Positions 41,001 to 53,000 of a stretch of DNA of 64,000 bases are shown here, piece by piece (position 1 is the first letter of the stretch; every line of letters starts with the position of its first letter). Both the position numbers and the translations under genes were made by a program. The notes under the pieces are model-generated. The model had not been told where the DNA came from. It ran no database searches and saw nothing but the letters and a program-made list of their open reading frames with translations. This DNA is from Phoronis australis (taxonomy: Eukaryota; Animalia; Phoronida), in assembly GCA_002633005.1 (NCBI GenBank), contig NMRA01000004.1, forward strand, positions 377,846 through 441,845, given 5' to 3'.

Positions 41001-44000
41001 TTAACAAACCACTTCATTTTCAGTAGCACCATACACTATGGCAGCACCACAAATGAAAACAAAATAAAACAATAATTTCAATTTTATACATCTTTATATA
41101 GCGAGACCGTGAACTTTTCGAGGCCAAACATATGATAAAATTAGTGTTAGATGGCTTAACATACCAAAAATATCATACCGCCTATCGAAAAATAGTGCAA
41201 TCAGTAAAACTATCTAAGGATTAGTTCTTGACAAACTTGAAATCAAAATCAAAACAATGTCTCGCCACTGAAATACATACGTGTCCCTACATAACAACTA
41301 CACAATGTAACCTGAAAAACGCACCAGCAACCTAATTTTAAGGATTTATTTTAGACACTGGAGATCATATTTGGAGGATTCCACCACTCTATAAATAAAC
41401 TGGAAGATGAAGTCACTATATGGCATCACCTTTGCTTGGTCAGGTTTATTTGAGTGATCATGCATGTGAGACTACCTCTGAATTGTCATTCCATTCTGCC
41501 TTATTATTGTATCACAGTTTAAAACATTTCGTGTATAATAGAAATTCTCCACTTATTTCACAAAAAAATAAATTAAAATGTTTTCACAATAGCTGAAGTG
41601 TGTAAAATAAACTGAATGAACAAACTTTGTGGTTTACGGGTAGAAATTAGCCAAGTAAACAAGCATCACAGACATCTGTTCATGGCCAAATTTTGTTAAA
41701 TACGGCCTACTGGTTGTCAACATTATCCAATTAACAGTAATCAAGTTTTTTACCCTGTTCTAATATAAAGGCACTTTACTCCATTGTGAAATTCTCTACT
41801 GAGCAAATGCGTCTTTGTCACCCCTTTCACCTCATGTTTATAACAGCATGAGATACTGGTGTTGCTGCATGAATGAACAACACACAATGTTCAAATATTT
41901 TACCACAATTAAAGAGTTCCCACCATGACCCTGTGTCTCAAAAAGGAATTTTATTATTTCATCTTAACAGATTTAATAGCCTTTAGTACACCTGTTGCTA
42001 CGAAACAATCTAAAAATTTTAAAAACATATTTTTCTGTTATCGAGTTTGTACGCATTGGGTGGAAGACCGCCTCAGCCGTTGTTGTTTTACCAGAGCGAT
42101 ACTGAGGAGTTGTGAAGAAAGTCCGCGTGGAGCCGTCTTTTTCAGACATGAAAAGGTGCGTTTGTGGAAACTGTGGTAACAACAACTTGACTGTGAACGT
42201 CTTAGTGTTCAAATTTCCTAAATACGTGAAAGTTGCACGAAAATGGCATCGGTTTGTCATGGGCGGCGCACCATAGGGGCCTAGGGTAGGGCTATAACCC
42301 CCACTTTTTCAGGGCTAAGCCGCCCATGGTCTATAGGCAGTGCAACACAGGAGGGCTGGGGCGGGGGGGGTTTAGCCCCCACTTTTTTCAGTGCTGTGCC
42401 ACCCATGATTGTGCGCCGAACAAGAGTGTGGAGTGTCAGTGTGGAACATGAGATTCAGTTTGGCGTAAACCACACTTTGATTGGCACATTTCAAAGAATC
42501 GTGTTTCCACCACACACATAAGCGGCATTACAATGAAGGACTCACCACCAAGTAAGTGCATTTGCAAATTTTGTAAATAACGAACAAACTGCTTCCATTC
42601 TAGGGCAAGTGGTGCCAGGCCCTGGACCCTGGCCCAGATCGCGTGCTACTACAAGTAGGCTTATGCATATTGTGTTTAGACTGTGCTCATTCCATCACGG
42701 CAATAGTGAATATGAGTAACCCAGGTTGGCTGTGGCCTTTGTCAGTAATTATTAAGTGTCTATTTTGTGAGTAGTGACCACCACTTGGTAGAGTTGGTTG
42801 TGGCTCACATGTCATTTCTCGTGCAAGTGAGTCGAGTTCATACGCCCTGAAACCCAACGAAAGTTCGTTAAATGGGAAATCGAATTCATTGTCTGATTCT
42901 TCAAGTACTTGAGTATAAGTGCCCGTATCCATTCTCCACTCTGTCTGCATTATAATTGTCCAATTGTCGCCTAATATTGTCATTGTCTTCTGAACTGCAG
43001 TGTTCCGATATTGCAAATGATTGTCAAGCGGCCAACCGTCTTCCACCCATTGCATCATTTGGCGGGAAACTTAGAAATAAGTAATTTTTCTTCAAAATTA
43101 AAAAAGTTGCCACTATTTGGCATAAAAAGTGCTTATTTAGCAAGATTTTATGGTATTCGATCCATATTAGCTAACTGAAACCTGAAAAAGTAAGAAAATG
43201 CATGGTGGGAACTCTATAAAGCATCTGTATGATTGGAGATAGGGCTTTGCCTTGACATTTTCTAAGGGGCAAAACTGAGGGTGTTGGAATTAGGTGAGGC
43301 GAGAAATTCCCACCAAGTAGCCTAGTGCGAAAAAAGTGAGGGTCATAATATTATTTTCCGAATAATTTTGGGTATGCACAATGAAGTGAGCCTGCGGAAT
43401 TAATGGAGAATTACATCAGAAAGTTCTCATGTGCTGATATAGTGGTTATTGGATGCGGAATAGCTGTATCGATAGATCGGAATTCAATGTCACCAGTTTG
43501 TCACTAGGAAAGTACACCGACTTCATGTGCTTAGTGTGTTGCAGTTTTTTTAAGAATACTGCCCTCGTTGTTTATACTACAGCAATTTTTCAAAACCAAC
43601 TCAAAATAAGCTCTGTTGGTGTACCTATATGTAAATTAGATCCTATTAGAAGCAAAGAGTGATAACTTATAGTGATGTTATTTGCCAGATTCAAGAATTT
43701 TCGTATTCCGACTCCTCATTTTCATGAAAATTGTCTCCAGTTACCTAAAAATAACCCTTCTTCCTACCATTCTAACATTTATCAAAACATCTTATACGGA
43801 TAACATTGTAGTTTGACACCTATATAAACTCTTAATTTATCTGTACAAAAAAATGTTAAATGGTCGACCTAAGCATTACTAGGATACAGCTGAGTAATAT
43901 TTTTTCATTTCATGTATTTTCAGTACACCATACATTTCATTCCAACAAAAAACTATCAGACTCTTAGAATGTTCAGTTTGTCACTATAAAAGAAGTTTAA

Positions 44001-47000
44001 ACCCTAACAAGTGTGAACCCATTCATAAGTTTGTTAAAAAAACTTACATTTTGTAACCATACACGAACTCAGAGGGGGCTCAGGGGCTCGAACGAGCCCC
44101 CCATTTTGGCAAAGTGGGCAAAAAGGTCTGCCTCAGAGAAACAAAAACTCCGGGAAAATGTAGAAAACGAGACAAAAGTCCACTAAAAAGGCAGTAACTA
44201 CCAAAATTTGGCAAAAATACAATTCATAGCTCTAAAATCGATGAATACCAGCCACCATGTGGTGCAATACGTATAAAGGCCTGCATCGGGAGACAAAAAG
44301 AATATACTGGAGGTTCATTGCGCTTCAGTGGATTACAGGAGACCACATCACTAATGAAATACAGCGAGTATTACTCAATGACTTGGAACTGGACATCAGC
44401 AACATGAGACGACAGGCATACGACGGCGCTTCTAATATGTCAGGAGGTCAGAACGGCTCTCATAAGAAAGAAAGCCCCGTTAGCTTTTTATATGCACTGT
44501 TCATCATATTGTTTGAATATGGTAATAGCACAGCGATGTTCCATTACCAGCATGCGCAACACGACAGATAAGTTAAAAGAAATGTGCTTATTCTTCCTGA
44601 ATAGCCCAAAAAGGAACAAATGCATTTTGATGTTATTCAGGCAGACATCCCTGACAGTGTGAGGAAAAAACATATCATCGACTTGTCAAAAACAGGTTGG
44701 TCCAAGCGACACACAACTTGCCTTTTTGTACATTGCCATATGCCATGCTCTGGAGCGTGTAGCCTCCAATCTACAAGTTGAATGCTATTTTACAAGCTAT
44801 AACTTCTTTTGATTTTTTGGATAAATTTTGCAGGGGTGTACAAGTTTCTGAGCCACTTAGATGGGAAAATCACTAAGTTGGAAGGTTGTAAAGTTGATAT
44901 TGTGAATGCCTATAACATGATAAGCAAGACCTGTCATATGTAAGACCATATAGCTCTGGAAATGGTTTCTTCCTTTAGCAGTGCCTCCACAACATTTGCC
45001 TGCAGTATGGCTGAGCAAGTTGTCTATCACCAAGTCATCGGTCCCGTGTGACACTACTTCACAAGAGTTTAATACTAAAGTTACATTTCCTCTGTACAAA
45101 TCTGCAGTCCACAGACCTAAAGCACTTACACTGCACTTGCAGTTTGAAATCTTCGCTTATAGAGCGAAAACAGGGACCTCTATCCCATAATTCAGCATCT
45201 CAACCTCAATGATCAATCACTTTAGTTGGTTCCACTTTACTAGGATATGCTCGTAACCTCTCAAGCATACTTGAGTAACACTCGTCTTTCACTTGAGTGA
45301 TTTTGTGAAGTCCTGCGTGATCTAGCTTCTTCACTAGGTTCTTGTTTCTATGGAATGCATCCCTAATCCAGAACTCGTGACTATTAAACTAAGTATCGAA
45401 CATGCTCTGTTCGTTACTGTTCAGAACTCCTAAGCACATTCAACAAATTGAGAAAATAACAAAAACAATGATAAATTTGAAATTTGGATGACTCTAATGC
45501 TCCAATATAGACTAACAAACAAATCTCCGACTACAACAAATACTGCCTCAGATTGGTAAGATAAACATAGAAAGCCATAGAGAAATCATGCCATGTGAGC
45601 TGGCAGTCATTCACATTTTGACTTCAAGTGGAAAGAGTAGGAGTTTTGCCTACTGGTCAATAATAGTACACAAATGAACCAGCTCAAGACGAGACACAAA
45701 AACGGTGTGGTCAAATGCAGGATGCAAACAATGGCAAATCTGAGAATGGAATGGTGTACCACAGAAAAATCCTTTAAAAACAATACATTCAGCAAAACTT
45801 CAAAATAAAACTTGTTGGCACAGAAATCTACTTTCAATAAAATACGAAAACATGAAATGATGATAAAACAAATACCTGTAATACAACCTTTTTGTTGACC
45901 TATTTTAAACTTTTTTCTAATCTTGCTCCCAGACTTGAGACAAAGGCTAACAACAATGAGACAAAAGATCAATATGCGTAGCTCGAAATGTGTGTGACTC
46001 TACACTCTGCAAATACCCTGAGACTAAACCACACTTCTCACTAATATGTTACTGAGAATAAGCTCATAAAGTAGTTACATACTTCATGATGATGTACAAA
46101 GAAAATAAACATAGATAAAGCAACAAAGCCAATAAATTATCCTACACAATGTATTACTGACATGGACCATCTTCCTTTATAGTCAAAACAGTTGGTCAAT
46201 ACTGACTCAAACCATTCATATAAACAATACTAATTATTTTATATTTCGTTCACAGATTTTGGAAAAAATAATACCATTAACTAGATCATGGTCGTGGTAC
46301 TGTAGGTCTAAAGGGACATTTTTGTTGTTTTTTCTCTATACTTAGGATTGTCTTAAAACATCACAAAACTTAAGGCAATGTCTTATTCTATAGTACTAAA
46401 CACTGAACATTGGTTGCAGTTGATTGACTTTACCCGTTCCGCCAGGTCCGATTGGTCCATAAACTGAAAATCATCTTCAAGAACCAATCAGGTGTCTTAG
46501 CCAACTGACCCAACGGAACCAGCTAAATCAATCAAGAAGAGCAGATTCTGCAGCAATTCATGACATCACTGAGCACAGCATGACGTCACTGAGCACAGCA
46601 TGGCATCATTGAGTACAACATATCCTCAACAGCCTACAACAGCCAAACTTATCCAAAGGATGAAGTTTAAACTTTAATACATGTTAGTCCTGGAAAACAC
46701 CATACAGTAAAACTTTGATTTGCACACGCACTCACACTCACACATGTTCACATTTTTCAGTGCAGCGTCTTATGAACTGACTATACATGTTTGACAAAAT
46801 CATAAACCAACTGAGACATTGTGAAGAGTCCTTGATGGGAAACAAAAATTCTGGTATGCAATGAATAATTCAGAAACACGGCACAAATGCAACTTGGATG
46901 TGCATGCATGAGGGACAACGTCTTGTCAATACTGTTTGTCATCAAAGTCTAGATTATGTTCATACATGCTGGACAATATTTTGACAACAATGCATATCCT

Positions 47001-50000
47001 CAGAGTTCACATACGTGGACGTTCTTGCATGCGGGACAAAATTTTGTCAACATTGAATGTCCACAAATTTCACATACCATGATCATAAATAATACAGAAA
47101 GAAAATTTGCCAAATTTCGCAATGGTTTGACCTATAGTCAGTCAAATAGTTGAGAGTTCACATACTAGGACGTTCATGCATGCCAGACAGTATTTTGTTT
47201 GCAATCCATGTCCTCAGAGTTAACATACTTGGACATTCATGGACGTGGGACAAAGTTTTGTCAACAAAGCATACCCGAACATTTCACACAACAAAAGATA
47301 ATACAGAAACAATTCAATCACAAAACTTTTGCAGTCTTTTGACCTTGGTCGGACACATAGCCAAAGACATGAAGATTTCGTCAAGCATGCAGTGACACAA
47401 ATACATATTGAAGGCAAACAGCCATTCAGTTAATAAGGCACTGCAAATCTTTTACAGGTCGTGAACGTTCAAACACATGCAGTGCTTGACCCTCAGCCAA
47501 GCCATAATGAGATAGCTCAGATCAAAACATAATTATGCAAACACAAGCACAAGCTTGTTAAATACACAATAACGTCAGAATTGTTTGCAACAATGCACTG
47601 TAGGAGAACAATTAGAGACTGAGACATACAGAGCGACACCTGTTGACAATACAACAAGGACTACAGACAGGCAACACACTTTCTCCTTATCTAACTATCA
47701 AAGCCGAATGTGCGTTTCATTCACAGGCAGGTCGCTGTTAACGCTAGCAAGCATCGGTGACACTGTCTCGTCCCCTTGGCCATTGGCCTGGGTGACCAAG
47801 GATGCCCCGCAGGGGGCGGGTGGTGCATTGTTCAGTAATTCAGTGCAATTTGCCTCACCATAGATCATCTGTATGGCCTCATCCACAGAGTTGGCACAGC
47901 GTAGCTTCTTGATATCATCTGCAACCAAGACCTCCATAACTCCAGGCTGGAAATAAAGTAAAACAAGATCTAGCAACAAACATCTACATTTCACTAAACC
48001 ATGTGGGTGGAAGATGGATTTTGCAACCATCGATTACAGTTGTTTCACTTATATAAAAGAGCATTTTTTTAAACTGGCAGATGCATATCCACGATATTTA
48101 GAAGGGGAGACTTAAACAGTTGGTCTTCCACTAATTATCAGGTAAAACGTTGTAACTACATTCAATTCACTTTTTAGATGAAAAATGTTTTTACGATTGC
48201 AAAGCAATAAAAACCTCCCGTCACCCATCTGACTTTGCTCCCAAGAGGGAACCATAGCACTAATGATAACCGTTACCCAGCCTTGAAGGTTAATATGTTG
48301 TTTGTAAGCAGTATAACTGGTACGACTGTTTGGGTACTGCACTGATTACAGGTTACTTACCGTGACATTGGCAAGTACAATATGAGCACCATGTCTGGCA
48401 AAGTCGTCGTATAGCTGTGATATGCCCTGTACAGAGGTGTAGTCCAGGGCAGTCAGATAGGCACAGTCTATCACACAGCTCATACGTTCTCCCTCTGAAG
48501 ACAAAACACAATATTAATTTATGTTTTACTCTAATATTTGAATGCGAGAGGCATTTCGTATTTCTGATAAAAATTTAAAGATTATATCTAATTTGGGGTG
48601 GCATCTTCTCTCACATTTTGTTTTAAGAGCACTCTCTCTCAGGAAAGCATTTCTGTGACTTAGGAGAGTGTTTGATAAATTAATACCCATAAAAGCCTGT
48701 AAATGAGAAGATGCACAGACACTTAAACAACAATGTCTCACGTTCTTCATATATGACCATACCACCTCATGAGTTTTATATTACGAACACGACAATCTGA
48801 AATTAATACTTTCAATATTCAAGTTAGTTATGTCATACATTTACAACTCAGATAACGTGATATCTCATCAGACATAAATGATGCAAGTTACAAAGAAACA
48901 TACATCCAGCAGGCGCTAATACTGAGCAGAGACATTATCTGAATGCGTAGCTTTACAGATAACATGCATTATGAAAATACAATAGTTGTTAGTCAAACTG
49001 ATGAACTGTTCACCTACCTGGTGTCCAGGATTTATCCAGAACCTTCTGCTTCAGGTAATCAATGCCGGGGAACCTCAGGCCCTGGTCCAGCTTGATTATA
49101 ATGACCCCTGTGTCCGACACCTAGATAAGAGAGAAGCTGGGCACTTCACAATACAGCTGACAGGAATCCTTCCACAACTAATAGAAGCCAACTATTACAA
49201 AGATACACAATAGATTTTGCATAAAGAACGCTGTCATTTTTACAACTTCCTAAACGCCTAAATCCTAAATAAAAGTTAGTCTCCGTGAATTCTCTCAGGT
49301 CACAAAAATTTGTAAATGCCTTCTCAAAAATTGGCAAAAAGGAAAGATTTAAGAATATCAAGAAAAAATAGTTACCAGGACGCATTGGTCACTTGAAAGA
49401 AAGTGGCATCCAAAATAATGGCAGATGCCAAGATTCAAGTGATCTAACTGTGGCTGTAGTCTTCAGCATATATGACCATGTATAGCTGTTCACAGGAATT
49501 TTATAAAACCTTTGCACTTAACAAATTTCAAGAGCTAAAATATTATGAACTCTAGCCAAATTCATAAAGGCAATACAAGTGAATTGTACATTGTCCATTA
49601 AGTCTATTGGGACATCAAGGGGTTAATGAACACTTGTTAAAAACAGTCATCCAAGCCCTACTTCCAATATGGCATAGCCACATAAATTAGAAACTTCAAG
49701 CTACATTCAGCATTGTGCCCAAGTTACTATATACAACTGTGTGAAAGATATTTGATCTCCGTCATAAACATGTGCAAGGATTGACTTAGAATGCAATGAA
49801 ACTAACCCTGACTGTTGGCATAACTGGCCAACGTAAAGTTTATTGACAAGGTATCATTTGTCTTGCAGGGTTAAGCAAGCGTACATACAATATTCCACAA
49901 ATATAACAATTTCACACAGCAAACACAAACTAGTACCAGGTTTTTGTGCTTAGGTTAATTTTCAGAAAACAACACACAAACAATAAATAACCTTTCTATA

Positions 50001-53000
50001 GAGTATCTAAGTCGAGCATTAGCACAACACAGCTACTAATACTAGCTCAAACTCTCAGTACGTCTTTCCTTGTTCCAACCACATTTGATATTCACATTTT
50101 GCCATATCCTTGATGTTAAAGAGGAACTAATGTATGAAGATTTGTGCAGGGGACAAAGTTCTACGGGAATATAGAACCTGGAGACACCGTGCAAAAAGTA
50201 CTTTGGAATGTGAGAGGACAAACAGGTAGACGTGAAAATCGCAGCACCAGTGTTGGACTCGAAACACAACAGTGAACAAAATACGACAAAGTGTTCAACA
50301 TGTTAAAATAACGAAATTGGGACTCACTCCCAAACCCCCCACCAGGTGTATCGAATCAACTAGAGTTAACTTCTGCATCTCGGAGTAATTCAAAAGTGAA
50401 TCTTGTGAAACAAAGAATCTGTGTCTTCTCGAGTCAAATGCTAGTATACTATTTGTAGAAATTCTTGTCTGCCTGGTTGGAGCCTTCCCACTGAAATCAA
50501 GGACGTGTCATAAGAATCACCCACTTATCTAAATCCTTATAACCCTGGCACACAGCATTCATCCTGGTATGTGTTCAGTGGTCAGTGAAAGAAGGAATCT
50601 ATAATCAACAGTAAACCAAACACCACTTTTTTAATTTAATCCTATGTTTGACCAAAACCGTGCAGACAATGTGTTTGAGTGTAAAGGTGCAACTGAATTT
50701 TCTTAATTCTTCACAAAACCATGAAAATGCACTCAACAATTAATTTCCGATTGATAAACAGCAATTTTCATTAACGTGTGACAAAGATCATTGGAGTTTG
50801 ATGAGAGATATTTCTTCGGCCTTTAGCTTTACAAAAAATTTGGTACTTTCTACTGACACAGATAAAAGCATGTCTATTATCTAAAACACCCCACACTACA
50901 ACTACAAGAAAACAGATTGTTCACATAGTATTAGAGCAGAGACACCTCTGGCAAAGGAAGAAAGCCAACTTTTTGGTATTTCTTTTGCTAAAATTATGCT
51001 TTGCCTACTCAGCCCCAATTACTGTTTTTCTACTGTAACAGAAAATGCAAGAAACAATCCTGAACTGACATATTGTTTTTAAACATATAACAGAAACTTC
51101 AGGAATATTGCACACATTTTATATATTATTAAGAGTCCAGTGAACAGTAATTGACAATGCAATACGTCTAAAATTTATATGTATTGTAATAATACCACCA
51201 AATGTGAAGGCTTTACCTCAAAGCGTCACGGTGAAAATCAGCTGAAGAGGAATAGGGGACAGCAAGAAAGCAAGTGAAGGATTGGGGATAGTTAGACAAA
51301 AACACATACAGTGGTTTGGTTAGCATCAGACAACCCATTAAGTTTATGGCTGGTGTTCTCAATTTGATGTTCTGTTGTTGTTCTACTGCCGTAAAAGTGA
51401 TTCTACAACAAATGAAATGTTGAGAGATACTGAAAAGAGAGCGCAATACACAAATCATGCAGGAGGGAAATTAGGAACTCGAGTAAAACTGAACTGAAAT
51501 CGGAGAAAAAGAAGAAATTTTAGGCCAACAAAGGCTGGGACAAATAAGAAGTAGCAAAGCAACTTTAAGCTTTTTGTTAGTGAGCAGCTTCTGGGAAGAT
51601 CTAAAATATCTGTGTATAACAAATACTTGTAGCAAAATAACAATAACACATGGACACACAATAGACATTGGTGCCTAAATACTGAGTTAAATCTAACATG
51701 CAGCCAAAATGCCAATTGTTTCACCTTTACAAAGGTCACTTTTAGTAGTGCTAGCTCAAAACCTTTGGTCATCAGATAGCCAAAAGATGCTATTTACCAC
51801 CACAGCAACAAAACAAAAAACATTCAAGTGAATGTGCTACATTTTAAGACAACAAAGAAAAATATACATCAAGCATCCAGCTTACTTACTGTAATATTCG
51901 GCCTCGCATATGGGAACAGCAATATGAGTAGTGACACTCCAATTCCAACCATGATTCCGTACTGTAATATACACGATACCACGGTTACCGCAGGTTAAAT
52001 AGAAACATTTTAGTACTTGTCGAGCAATGAACATCGTAAGAACCCTGACTCTTAAGAAAAAAATCGTCAAAAGACTTTGACTGTTCAACCATCGTTTTCT
52101 TGCAAATAATGCAATACTGTGATCATCAAGAATTTTGAAAATAAGTGGTTTCCTGAGTTTACAATTAGTATTTTAAAAAGGCACTTAAAGTACTGGGTAA
52201 CAACAGGTCTCGTATGAAATGCTAAATTAAAGCACCTAAATGCAGAGCATTCTGGCACCGACGATGAAAAGTGAATAAATGCTTTTGTCACAATATAGAT
52301 AATACAGCTTTCTATAACCTTATGTTGAACAGTCAGACCAGACAACAAGTCAAGTACTGATCTAGTCAAATTAAAATACATCATGAGCAAATCATTACAG
52401 AAAATACTCAGTTCTCACCTCAATACCCAAAATGAAGGAAAGAATGAAAGTGACCACCAACGGAATCAAATCAATTTCTGTAAAGAAATAGCGGATGTTA
52501 CAAACATAATGACAGACATTACAGACAAAATAGCAGATGTCACGGACATAATGGTACGTATATGAGGTAGTGAAGATTGTCAAATTCTGAATATTAAAGT
52601 GACGACAATACACAATCACAGAGGAAGATAATGTTGCAGGGTCCTTAGAAATATTCAAAAGAAGGGATTTTTATGTATTAATAAAACCAAGGCTTTTCTG
52701 AAACGATTACAAAGAAAACAAAAGGCTGCCATACTGACTTTTTTACAGAGAGCAAAAACTGATGTATGCACATCTCAGGGCATGTTTGACCTACGAGTCT
52801 TCCGATCAACAATCCAGAAACCTGCCATGCATGTCTACATGGTTAGCCGGCAGTCAATATTGGATAGACGCTATCTGTTAACTCATACCCAATGACAAGA
52901 GCAACGCGGAGCGTTGAAATGCGCCCACAATTGCACCGCATACGGTATCCTTCTAGGGTTGTTTATTGGTACCATAAAGTGGCCAGTAGAGGGCATACTT

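Larger units (their letters stand above)
41913..43215. mobile_element. Kolobok-like DNA transposon, deletion derivative
   Basis: Perfect 15-bp TIR AGAGTTCCCACCATG; TTAA and ATAA flanks; THAP relic on + and an acidic ORF on - both pointing inward. Confidence 0.8.
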
